Assembly: GCA_913041535.1 (NCBI GenBank)
Contig: CAJWJK010000003.1
Coordinates: 90,953 to 154,952, forward strand
DNA: 64,000 nt
Direction of reading: 5' to 3'
Source of the DNA: an uncultured Alphaproteobacteria bacterium
GTDB taxonomy: Bacteria; Pseudomonadota; Alphaproteobacteria; VGEJ01
Positions 52,138 to 61,418 of this stretch are shown in pieces (position 1 is the stretch's first letter; every line of letters starts with the position of its first letter). The notes below the pieces were generated by a model. That model did not search any database. It worked only from the letters and a program-made list of their open reading frames with translations, and had not been told where the DNA came from. Both the position numbers and the translations under genes were made by a program.

Positions 52138-53291
52138 TTGGGAGCACACTCCGCCCAGTCCTGAACCAACGATACGGTGGTTGCGAGCCCTGAAGTATTT
52201 AAACTGAAAGCGCAATTAGGAGTAGCGTCCATTGCATCTCGTATAGCTGATGCGAGAGATGTGGGGTTGAGGCTTGATTCTGGGACCATTTTCACAAACC
52301 CACGTTTAGCAAGTCGCGCCGTGCGGATTGTTTGTTCAGTTTCCGTTCCCTGCGAGAAAGGAACAATTACGCAACGAGCTTTGGAAACGAGAGCCTCACA
52401 CGTAGTGTTGTAGCCACCTTGACTAATTGAGAGGGCACAATGGTTTAGCAATTTTGGAAAGTCAGTACGGGCACGTTCAACAATTAGGTTTTCGTCGGAT
52501 GATTTCTGCAGAGCCTGAAAGGAGCTTTCAGACACCCCTGTTCCGACCAATACCCGCCAGAGATTGTCTTTAAGAACTGTCGATTTTCGCGCTAAAATGG
52601 CTGTTTCAAGTAGACTCAGCCCCACAGCACCGCCCCCAGCGGAAACAATTACTTCGCCTTGTGCGTGGTGGGTTTTTTCTGCCGCAGCTTGTGTCGGATC
52701 AACTGTGTACCCTGTGTAGACAAGTTGGCTCGCTATTTTATCGGCATTTACAAAGGTTTCATTAAAGGTGATGAATTTGGGATCGCCGTGGATAAGCACA
52801 TAGTCGAAGTATGATTTTATAAGTTCTACAGTTTCGTTGTTACGAATAGGGGTGCGACTGCCGCTTAGAATATCACGGACTGAAGATACGACGATAGTCC
52901 GGTGTCCACTGGATTTCACCAAATCCAATAGTGGAAGTAATTCAAACTTCATTTGACGGCGCCCAAATGGGAAAAGTTCAAGGATTACAACATCAGGCTT
53001 ATGGTTTTTCCAAACCTCCAGGAGGTGGTTGCATCTTGATCTGCGCCACGAATCATTAACTGGCTGGTTATTCATATCCACTAGAGTCGTGAAATTGTGA
53101 TCAATGGTTCGAACTGGAGATAATTGCACGAAACGGCTTGACCCAAGGTCAAGGTGGGGTAATGGCTCGCCTCCCGAAACAAGAATAACATCAAGACCGA
53201 CTTTGCTTAAGTTGCGGCTGATTAGGGCAGCCCTGTGTAGATGGCCAATGCCTAATAGGTGTTGAACGTAGAAGAGCACCTTCTTAGCCAT
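52134..53291 (-). CDS. GT-B glycosyltransferase, GT28/MurG-like C-terminus (COG4671-like)
   Basis: YVQHLLGIGHL.R, E.FPFGR, SVRDIL, YTGY, VSAGGG..G, SQGGYNT.CE, EQ..R. Confidence 0.85.
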   Translation of the reverse strand: MAKKVLFYVQHLLGIGHLHRAALISRNLSKVGLDVILVSGGEPLPHLDLGSSRFVQLSPVRTIDHNFTTLVDMNNQPVNDSWRRSRCNHLLEVWKNHKPDVVILELFPFGRRQMKFELLPLLDLVKSSGHRTIVVSSVRDILSGSRTPIRNNETVELIKSYFDYVLIHGDPKFITFNETFVNADKIASQLVYTGYTVDPTQAAAEKTHHAQGEVIVSAGGGAVGLSLLETAILARKSTVLKDNLWRVLVGTGVSESSFQALQKSSDENLIVERARTDFPKLLNHCALSISQGGYNTTCEALVSKARCVIVPFSQGTETEQTIRTARLAKRGFVKMVPESSLNPTSLASAIRDAMDATPNCAFSLNTSGLATTVSLVQDWAECAPK

Positions 53292-53918
53292 TTAGTCTTC
53301 ACTATCTTCAGAGTTGTAGGGATGAGCTCTGGCAGTCAGCAAGGGTACATTTAGACACTCTATCTGTGGGTGGCCGTCGGTGTTTAGAGCGAATAGGTGG
53401 AGTGAGTGCCAATCTAGTTTGAAAGGGGGGGCACCGGTAAGGTCCCAGTTTAAAGCAAGACTAAGTAATGCACGGATTACTCCTTTATGTGTTATGGCTA
53501 GAGTCGTTTCTCGTGCGGCTGCAACTTCTTTCAAGAAAGGTCTTAAGCGATCCTGAACTTCACGTGGACTCTCTCCTTCAGGGGGTTTTAGGTCGAGGCC
53601 TCGTTCCTCAGCTGCAACGAACTCTGTTCCTAGTTCCTGTCGGAGGTTTGCTATGGTTTCCCCTTCCCACAGCCCCCAGTCCATTTCTATAAGACGTATA
53701 TCAGTTTCGAATGAACAAACGTTGAGACAACGAGCAGTCTCAACAGCTCGGACAAGGGGGCTTGTCCTACAACGGACGCCAGAAAAGGTATTCGGAAGCT
53801 GCAATTTAGATAATTCCTGGCGAGCATCACTAGTAATGGAAACATCGGCTCTACCTTGTAGCCGTCTTTGAATGTTCCAATCGGTTTGGCCATGGCGGAA
53901 AAGGGCTAGTGTTGTCAT
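53292..53918 (-). CDS. Histidine phosphatase (phosphoglycerate mutase-like) family
   Basis: RHGQTDWN, LQG, SPL.RA.ETA, E.DWG.WEG, GES, THKGVIR. Confidence 0.9.
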   Translation of the reverse strand: MTTLALFRHGQTDWNIQRRLQGRADVSITSDARQELSKLQLPNTFSGVRCRTSPLVRAVETARCLNVCSFETDIRLIEMDWGLWEGETIANLRQELGTEFVAAEERGLDLKPPEGESPREVQDRLRPFLKEVAAARETTLAITHKGVIRALLSLALNWDLTGAPPFKLDWHSLHLFALNTDGHPQIECLNVPLLTARAHPYNSEDSED

Positions 53919-55078
53919 GGTTGGGGCTTTCGAGAAAAGGCACGCACTGTACTCAAAATACGATGCAGTCCCTGAGCTGCATTGCGGATCCCTCGCTCTG
54001 TGTGCACAAAGTGAGCACCTTGGTTTCCCATGCTTTCACGTCGTTTCTTATCTTTGAGAAGTTGCAACATTAAGTTCGCAAAACCCTCGATGTCTCCTTC
54101 GGGCGATAGGAGGCCGCTTTCATGGTCTTGGACTACATCAGGCACACCGCGGACGCGAGCGCTGACTATAGGGAGACCGGCTGCTTGTGCCTCAAGAAAG
54201 GATAAACCGTAGGCCTCGTTAACGGCTGGCCACACATAAATATCGCAGGCCGCGTAGATCAATGCCAGGTCTTCCTGTGGTAGTTTGCCGAGAAAGATTA
54301 TACGTTGATCAGGGAATTCTGAGAACGCCTCCTCAACACTCGTTCGAGCTTCCCCATCTCCAACTATGAGATGTTGCCAGTCTTCATCCAGCATTTTTCT
54401 GAGTGCCGAGGCAAGAAGCTGATATGAGGCAAGTTTGTCCCCATATCGCAGCATTCCAACCGATAACAGCCACGGCTTGTTTAATGAACATCGAAATTTT
54501 TCGTTCAAAGTCCTGCGGGCCTTCACGCGCTGTTTCCTTGTCTCTGTGAAGGGCGCGGTATCGATAAAAGGGGGAAGGTAATGGACGTGATCGCCACAAA
54601 TATTTTGATTTCGTAGAGACTGCAGGTCATGTCGGGTTAGACAGATAATAGCATCAGCTATTGTTATCGCTTTCTGTGTAGCTTCGTGACCAATTATCCA
54701 CGGGGTCGATGCACGTTTTGATGCTAGTGATGCTTCTGCAATAACGTATGGTATACCCAACTTTTGGCTTAACCGAGGACCAAGCCAATCCGGCGCGCGA
54801 TAATAGACGTGATATGTCAGCCATAATTCTGGCCTTTGATTTGGATGAAGTGATGAAAAATGTTCTTCTAGAAGAATTGCTTCTAGCTCCGCGGCTTGGC
54901 AGATTTTTTCTTGCTTGGAACCATTCGCAGAACGGTCATAGCTTCTGAATTCAGAGACAACATTAACTTCATGCCCAATAGAGTTCAGTGCGCCGATCAG
55001 CAATCGTGCCATTTGGCGATCGCCAGAGGGCGTGGGGTGGTATGGGGATTTAAGCGGCGCGTAGAAAACGATGCGCAT
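53915..55078 (-). CDS. GT4 glycosyltransferase
   Basis: FYAPLK.P....PSGDR, VGDG, EAYGLSFLEAQAAGLP (E-x7-E). Confidence 0.9.
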   Translation of the reverse strand: MRIVFYAPLKSPYHPTPSGDRQMARLLIGALNSIGHEVNVVSEFRSYDRSANGSKQEKICQAAELEAILLEEHFSSLHPNQRPELWLTYHVYYRAPDWLGPRLSQKLGIPYVIAEASLASKRASTPWIIGHEATQKAITIADAIICLTRHDLQSLRNQNICGDHVHYLPPFIDTAPFTETRKQRVKARRTLNEKFRCSLNKPWLLSVGMLRYGDKLASYQLLASALRKMLDEDWQHLIVGDGEARTSVEEAFSEFPDQRIIFLGKLPQEDLALIYAACDIYVWPAVNEAYGLSFLEAQAAGLPIVSARVRGVPDVVQDHESGLLSPEGDIEGFANLMLQLLKDKKRRESMGNQGAHFVHTERGIRNAAQGLHRILSTVRAFSRKPQP

Positions 55079-55104
55079 GTCTGAGATAAGACCTAAGAGC
55101 TACA

Positions 55105-56361
55105 CTATGTTGTGATGCCTATAGAGGCTGTATTATGTCTAGGCAACCCAAATAGTTTAGCGATACCGTCAATTTTTTCATCCATGTGGAATTGCGCTCG
55201 AATTAGCTGTTCTCCTGCTCGTCCCATGTCTAGCCGTAGTTGCGGTTCTAGCATTAGGCGTGTCAGCGCTTGGTGCAGTGCCAGAGGGTTATTTGGAGGA
55301 ACTAATAGCCCATTAATGCCATCTTCTATCAGTTCTGGTATTGCGCCCGCAGTTGTTGCTACGCATGGAACAGACTGACTTTGCGCTTCAACTAGGACGT
55401 TTGGCAGCCCATCACGGTCTCCGTCGGCACCAATGCAGCTGGCTAATACAAATATATCTGCATCACGGTAGGCAGCTAGCACTGCATCGTGTGCAAGTGG
55501 TCCTCGCCAATCAATCTGTTTGCTAATGCCCAGGGAATGCGCCTGGTGTTTGAGCTGTTTGTCGAGAGGGCCGGCACCTATATGCACCAGCCGCCAGTGT
55601 AAGGTCTTGGGAATCTTTGCTAGTGCATCTAGTAGTATCGAATGTCCCTTTTTTTCCACTGTTCTCCCGATTGAAAGCAAAATTAGAGGATCGTTCCGGC
55701 TGCCGTGCTTTCTGGCTTTTGGAAGATGCGGGTTTGTCGAGAAGTATGAGAGGTCTATTCCGTGATAGTTGAGGTGTACACTTTCCGAAGATCCTAGACT
55801 CTTAAGGTGGGTATGTATGGATTGGTTGCAGGTCGACAACCAAGAGCACGACGCAATCTTTTCCAGTTTCTCCCAGACGGGAATTGTCCATACATCTTTA
55901 GCATGTGCCGAACAGCTCCAAGGCAACTCATTAAGTATGCTCGCATAGCGGGTCACTGATGCTGGAGTATGAAGAAAGTGAGCATGAAGCTGATCAACAT
56001 TTGAATCTAGTTCATGAGCTAGTATTAGAGCTTGACCAAAACGCCGAAGACGGCTTGAGGTAAAATCCCGCCATAAGTCACGCAGCCAGGCTCTCTGTGC
56101 TGTTTTGTACGTAGTACGATTGTGAAGAGCAGCCCAGGCTCGGACTAAGCGCAGAGGTTCTTTATGAAGATATTCGGGTAGATAGTAGATAGGGGCCTTA
56201 ATATCGCTATGAATCATGTGAGTGTATTGGTCAGTTGGTTGGCGCAGTGAATATATGCTGATGAAAAGTCCACGGCGCTCAAGCGCTCGTATTTCCTGTG
56301 CTATAAATGTTTCTGACAAGCGGGGGTAGCCTTTTAGGACAAAGGCAACGTGGCGACTCAT
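55105..56361 (-). CDS. GT4 glycosyltransferase (WcaL-like)
   Basis: YPRLSETFI..EI, HAHF, HAKD, GR.VEKKG, DGLPNVLVEA. Confidence 0.9.
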   Translation of the reverse strand: MSRHVAFVLKGYPRLSETFIAQEIRALERRGLFISIYSLRQPTDQYTHMIHSDIKAPIYYLPEYLHKEPLRLVRAWAALHNRTTYKTAQRAWLRDLWRDFTSSRLRRFGQALILAHELDSNVDQLHAHFLHTPASVTRYASILNELPWSCSAHAKDVWTIPVWEKLEKIASCSWLSTCNQSIHTHLKSLGSSESVHLNYHGIDLSYFSTNPHLPKARKHGSRNDPLILLSIGRTVEKKGHSILLDALAKIPKTLHWRLVHIGAGPLDKQLKHQAHSLGISKQIDWRGPLAHDAVLAAYRDADIFVLASCIGADGDRDGLPNVLVEAQSQSVPCVATTAGAIPELIEDGINGLLVPPNNPLALHQALTRLMLEPQLRLDMGRAGEQLIRAQFHMDEKIDGIAKLFGLPRHNTASIGITT

Positions 56362-56366
56362 CTCAG

Positions 56367-57620
56367 TTATGCATGTTGGCGGTTCACGCGTAGATCAGAT
56401 TGAACGTTGGCGTGTTGACCAAGCCACGGTGAGGCTAGACGATTGACATTTGTTAAACCTTCGAGCAAACCCGGAACCACCACTTCCGAGGGTTTCCGTT
56501 GTTGTGGAAGCGCTCGGAGAGCGCTAATCATGGCTTCTACGGGCCGGCTTCCATCGTCTACTAGCATTTGAACTAAGCCTAGTTCTTGAGCTCGAGATGC
56601 CCGAATGTATTGTTCTAGCCGGGGCTTAGTTCGGGGCACAATTATTGCCTTTTTATCCAAAGATAAGATTTCGCAGAAGGTGTTGTATCCGCCCATTGCT
56701 ACGATGCCTGCAGCATTTGCTTCCAGGTTTTCAATATGAGCATCAAACGTAATTGCTTGTACTCTAGGAAGTCTCTCAGCGCGAACTAGAAATTCTTTCT
56801 GCAGCTCAGGCTGCATGAAGGGTCCTAAAACCATCAGAGCCGGATAAGGTAGTAGGGATTCTCTTTCATATGCTCGGAGCACCCAATCAATCAATTCAGC
56901 TCCGTCTCCACCACCCCCAGTTGTAACCAGCAGATATGGGCTCTGTGTCACAGGAGGTGGAGGATGGGCAACAACCGGTTTGCTTATTCTTCTCGGCAGG
57001 TAGCCCGTGTACACGATCTTAGACTTAACAATTTCTGGCAGATCGATCCCAGACAGTGGGTTGCAGATTTGAGGTAATCCATATACCCATATCTCATCGT
57101 ACAGGTCACACAAGCTCGGTATCACATTTTTGCGCGCCCATTCTGGTGCTAGAAGTGCTGGTTCGTCGAGGATATCACGTAGGCCGAGCACAAGACGACA
57201 TCCCCTTTTCTGAAGCATAGGCAAGGCATTCCTAACTTCACCACGTAGGCCGAGTGGCTCTTTATCTACAATGAATATGTCCGGATCAAATATCTTAGCC
57301 GTGTGGTGGATAATGGACGATCGAATCGACAAGGTTTCTTCAACGCCCATGTGCAGATTTAAAGGAGTGTATTCTCCATTTCGAAGTTTAATAACACCCG
57401 GAATCCGAACAAAATCTACACGCACACGAAAGTCAAAGCTGCCGATTATGGGTGAACCGGACAGAATCAGAACAGAAAGATTTTTATTTTGTTCTACCAG
57501 GTCGTGGGCAATGGTCAAACAACGGCGAAGGTGGCCAAGCCCAAAGGTATCATGACTGTATATGAGAACGCGGGGGTCTCGGCGTGGTTCTAGACTGGTA
57601 TTTTCAACCGCTTGCAACAT
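56367..57620 (-). CDS. GT-B glycosyltransferase, GT28/MurG-like C-terminus (COG4671-like)
   Basis: YSHDTFGLGHLRR, DKEP.G, GLRDILD, YTGY, TTGGGGDG, MGGYNTFCE, EQYIRA. Confidence 0.85.
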   Translation of the reverse strand: MLQAVENTSLEPRRDPRVLIYSHDTFGLGHLRRCLTIAHDLVEQNKNLSVLILSGSPIIGSFDFRVRVDFVRIPGVIKLRNGEYTPLNLHMGVEETLSIRSSIIHHTAKIFDPDIFIVDKEPLGLRGEVRNALPMLQKRGCRLVLGLRDILDEPALLAPEWARKNVIPSLCDLYDEIWVYGLPQICNPLSGIDLPEIVKSKIVYTGYLPRRISKPVVAHPPPPVTQSPYLLVTTGGGGDGAELIDWVLRAYERESLLPYPALMVLGPFMQPELQKEFLVRAERLPRVQAITFDAHIENLEANAAGIVAMGGYNTFCEILSLDKKAIIVPRTKPRLEQYIRASRAQELGLVQMLVDDGSRPVEAMISALRALPQQRKPSEVVVPGLLEGLTNVNRLASPWLGQHANVQSDLRVNRQHA

Positions 57621-57763
57621 CGGCAGATAATGGCACGAGAGAGAGCAACGAAAAAGTGACTTTTTTTATCCCCGTTTACCACTGATTTAACCTAAGTTAA
57701 GCTCTTGGCAGTGTAACTTGTTTTCTTCCAGTACAGTGGGCCCCTCAGTGGATAGAGAGTTTA

Positions 57764-60415
57764 ATGGAATCCAGCATATTTAGATTTGTACTGCGTCACA
57801 GTTTTCGCCAGCAGATTATGCTCACTTTAATGGCGGCAGCTTCTTTTCCGTTTCTTTACGCGTTTTATGAAGTGCCGAAGGCTATAGTGAATGATGCTAT
57901 CCAGGGTGGGACCACCTTTCCTGTGGAGATATTTGGCGTTGAACTTGGCCAGTTGGCATACTTGCTAGTGCTCTGTGCGCTTTTCTTATTACTCGTAGTT
58001 GTAAATCAATCATTTAAGTACTCTGTGAACGTATATAGAGGTCTAACTGGGGAGCGTATGCTTCGTCGGTTACGTTATGAGCTGTACTCACGTGTGCTGC
58101 GCTTTCCTCTACCCACTTTTCGAAAGATGTCACAGGGTGAGATCATTCCAATGATTACGGCTGAAGTAGAACCGCTAGGTGGTTTTATCGGTGATGCATT
58201 TTCTTTGCCCGCATTCCAGGGGGGGACTCTTTTCGTAATCCTTGCTTTCTTGTTTATTCAGGATCCCCTCATGGCTGGGGCAGCTGTCTCTCTGTATCCC
58301 CTACAGGTTTATGTCATTCCGAAATTACAAAGGCGCGTTAATCGATTAGGTAAGGAGCGAGTACGTTTGGTAAGACGACTATCGGACCGCATAGGGGAGA
58401 CTGTGCAAGGCGTGCCAGAAATTCGTGTTCATGACACCTCAAACTTTGCCCTGGCTCATTTTTCTCATCAATTGGGTTTAATTTTTGGCGTCCGTTATGC
58501 AATTTACCGACAAAAGTTCTTTATTAAGTTTCTCAACAATTTTATCCAGCAATTGGGGCCGTTTTTCTTTTATTCTATTGGTGGCTACCTGACTATTACG
58601 GGAAGTCTTGAGATCGGCACATTGATTGCTGCTATTGCCGCGCATAAGGATCTTGCGTCTCCTTGGAAGGAACTTTTACGCTACTACCAAATGAAAGAGG
58701 ATGCTCGGATTAAGTATGAGAATGTAGTGAGTCAGTTCGCTCCCCCTGGCATACTTGATGAGAGGTCTCAGATTGACGATTCGGATATTTCCACAAAGTT
58801 GCAAGGTGAATTAAACACGGCGAATTTGACTCTAACTGATGATCAAGAAACAAGTGTGGTTGATGGGGTGTCTTTCCGTTTTAGCCTTGATCAAAACGTT
58901 GCAATAGTGGGTGTAAATGGATCTGGTAAAGATGAGCTTACTCTACTGCTAGCCCGATTGCTGGATCCGAGTGCTGGATCTATTTCCGTTAACGGCAATG
59001 ACCTTTCTGGCATGTCTGAGACAGTGACTGGCGGGCGGATCTCTTACGTGGGCCCTCAGGGTTTTATTTTTGCTACAACTTTGGGTGAAAATCTATTTTT
59101 TGGTTTAAAGCATGTTCCGTTAATTGCTCCAGACTATGATTCTGATCAGACGATAAAAAGAGAACGCGAGGTTGCTGAGGCAGAACGTTCAGGAAACAAT
59201 AGCTTTGATATACATGCGGACTGGATCGACTATAAAGCTGCTGGCGTTGGAGACTTGGTTGCATTGCGGCAGGAAGCACTGCGGGTTCTTAAGCTTGTAG
59301 ATCTTGGGCCTGACATCTACGACCTCGGATTGAGGGGGACTATCGACCCAGATTCGCATCCCAAGGTAGCTCAGAGTATCTTAAAGGCTCGACGTGCTTT
59401 ACGCGAGCGCGTGGCCAAAGACCCCAATATGAGCTCTCTCGTGGAGACGTTTGATAGAGAAACCTATAACACCAACGCAACTGTCGGTGAGAATCTTCTT
59501 TTCGGAAATCCCGTGGGTGCAGACTTTGCGATGGATAGTCTAGCAGAGGATGAATATGTGCTTTCTGTGCTAGACCAAGCGGGATTAAAAGACACCTTGT
59601 TGTCCATTGGATACCAAGTGGCTTCTACCATGGTAGAACTGTTTGCTGACCTACCTGCTGATCACGAGTTTTTTCAGCAATTTAGTTTTATCAGTTCAGA
59701 GGATTTGCCTGAATTTCAAGGTCTTCTAGCTCGCGTCGATCGGAGCCAACTTAATTCAGTTGAGGCTGAAGATCGAATCCGATTAATGTCTCTTCCTTTT
59801 AAACTCATCACTGCGCGCCACCGTTTGGATCTAATTGATGAAGACGTTCAGGCGAAGATATTGGATGCCCGTGAAATTTTTGCTTCTAGTCTTCCCGATG
59901 AGCTTAAAGACTCTGTAGAGTTCTACGATGACGACCGATACAATAGTAAGGCAAACCTTCAAGATAATATTCTCTTTGGCAAAGTTGTATACGGAGAAGC
60001 ACACGCATCTGATAAGGTTGGGGAGTTAATCGCCGAAGTAATTAGGGAACTGGATTTGGAAGATACAGTGGGCCTTGTGGCGCTGGACTATGATGTTGGA
60101 ATCGGGGGGTCTCGTCTTTCAGGTGCCCAGAGGCAGAAACTGGCCATTGCTCGTGCAGTGCTTAAGGCGCCTGATATCTTGATTCTTTCAGAAGCAACTG
60201 CATCGCTTGATGCTGCAGCTCAATTGAGGCTCTCTCCGGCACTTATGCAAGAGTTTGGCAATAGGTGTCTAATATGGTCCCTCAATAACCCAGCACTTGC
60301 CGAAAACTTTGATCATATACTGGTTATGCATAATGGGAGAGTAGTGGAGCAGGGTTCTTATTCGGATCTAAATAAGGACAATACTCAGTTTAAGCAGTTG
60401 TTGGCAGCCGTATAG
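57764..60415 (+). CDS. ABC exporter-type TMD-NBD fusion with degenerate NBD and ~290-aa insertion
   Basis: N-terminal ABC_membrane-like TMD; Walker A GVNGSGKDE; signature LSGAQ; Walker B ILILSE; no His switch; three (T/N)xx(E/D)NxxFG copies. Confidence 0.82.
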   Translation: MESSIFRFVLRHSFRQQIMLTLMAAASFPFLYAFYEVPKAIVNDAIQGGTTFPVEIFGVELGQLAYLLVLCALFLLLVVVNQSFKYSVNVYRGLTGERMLRRLRYELYSRVLRFPLPTFRKMSQGEIIPMITAEVEPLGGFIGDAFSLPAFQGGTLFVILAFLFIQDPLMAGAAVSLYPLQVYVIPKLQRRVNRLGKERVRLVRRLSDRIGETVQGVPEIRVHDTSNFALAHFSHQLGLIFGVRYAIYRQKFFIKFLNNFIQQLGPFFFYSIGGYLTITGSLEIGTLIAAIAAHKDLASPWKELLRYYQMKEDARIKYENVVSQFAPPGILDERSQIDDSDISTKLQGELNTANLTLTDDQETSVVDGVSFRFSLDQNVAIVGVNGSGKDELTLLLARLLDPSAGSISVNGNDLSGMSETVTGGRISYVGPQGFIFATTLGENLFFGLKHVPLIAPDYDSDQTIKREREVAEAERSGNNSFDIHADWIDYKAAGVGDLVALRQEALRVLKLVDLGPDIYDLGLRGTIDPDSHPKVAQSILKARRALRERVAKDPNMSSLVETFDRETYNTNATVGENLLFGNPVGADFAMDSLAEDEYVLSVLDQAGLKDTLLSIGYQVASTMVELFADLPADHEFFQQFSFISSEDLPEFQGLLARVDRSQLNSVEAEDRIRLMSLPFKLITARHRLDLIDEDVQAKILDAREIFASSLPDELKDSVEFYDDDRYNSKANLQDNILFGKVVYGEAHASDKVGELIAEVIRELDLEDTVGLVALDYDVGIGGSRLSGAQRQKLAIARAVLKAPDILILSEATASLDAAAQLRLSPALMQEFGNRCLIWSLNNPALAENFDHILVMHNGRVVEQGSYSDLNKDNTQFKQLLAAV

Positions 60416-60434
60416 TGAAGGAAGGGATGACGAG

Positions 60435-60890
60435 GTGAGCCTTAACGAAGAAGTAGATTTATTACGGCGGGTTCCGCTTTTCAGTAATATCGAGCCCTCC
60501 AAATTAAAGTTGCTGGCATTTACTAGTGAGAGATTAACTTTCCGTGCTGGCCAGAGTTTGTGTGTACAGGGAGAGATTGGAGATGCCGCGTATGTAATTA
60601 TTGAAGGTCAGTGTGATGTCACTATAGATACGCCGAACGGTTCTCTTACACTTGCCACTGTTGGCCAAGACGACTTTGTTGGTGAAATAGCTATTCTATG
60701 TGACGTTCCCAGAACGGCGACCGTGACTGCAACAGACGAGGTGACGGTACTAAAAATATCCAAAGATCTATTTCTTCGTATGATTAGTGAATTTCCACAA
60801 ATGGGAGTGGAGGTAATGCGTGAATTGGCTGCGCGTCTCGAACGAACCACTATTCAGTTGAGAGAAGCGCGTATTGCTGCCTCCACCTGA
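60435..60890 (+). CDS. Stand-alone cyclic nucleotide-binding (CAP_ED) protein
   Basis: LRRVPLF, QGE.GD..Y.I..G, GEIAIL..VPRTATV phosphate-binding cassette; no HTH. GTG start with GAAGG RBS. Confidence 0.9.
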   Translation: MSLNEEVDLLRRVPLFSNIEPSKLKLLAFTSERLTFRAGQSLCVQGEIGDAAYVIIEGQCDVTIDTPNGSLTLATVGQDDFVGEIAILCDVPRTATVTATDEVTVLKISKDLFLRMISEFPQMGVEVMRELAARLERTTIQLREARIAAST

Positions 60891-60914
60891 CCACGATGGT
60901 CCTGTTGATTGGTC

Positions 60915-61418
60915 ATGAGTCGCTTAGATAGCTTCATCCGTCGGGTGCTGGCGCAGCGTGACTGTCTAAGTGCGGCAGCGACGATGATTGATAATCTCCC
61001 GGGTCCTATTCTGGAATTGGGTTTGGGAAATGGTCGAACATATGACCATTTACGCGAATGCCTTCCGGATAGAGAAATATTTGTCTTTGATCGTCAGGTT
61101 GCTGCTCATCCTAAATGTATTCCCGATGAAAAACATATGATTATTGGTGATATTAGAAGGACACTTCCTGGTATTCTTGCTAAGATTGGTGCTCCGGCAG
61201 TTCTCACGCATTGCGATATTGGGACAGGTGACAAAAATGCATCCCTGGAGCTGGCAGAATGGCTTGGGGGAGCTTTAAAGCCTTTGCTTGCACCGGGCGC
61301 TATAGTTGTTTCAGACCAGAAGATATTAGTTCCGGGCTGGATTCCACTACCGCTTCCGAGTGGTGTTCCCAATGACCGCTATTTTATGGCACGGGTAGAA
61401 ATTACAAAAGTGGCATGA
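60915..61418 (+). CDS. Small SAM-dependent methyltransferase (Methyltransf_17-like)
   Basis: MSRLDSFIRR..AQR..L, GPILELGLGNGRTYDHLRE, H.DIG.G. Confidence 0.8.
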   Translation: MSRLDSFIRRVLAQRDCLSAAATMIDNLPGPILELGLGNGRTYDHLRECLPDREIFVFDRQVAAHPKCIPDEKHMIIGDIRRTLPGILAKIGAPAVLTHCDIGTGDKNASLELAEWLGGALKPLLAPGAIVVSDQKILVPGWIPLPLPSGVPNDRYFMARVEITKVA

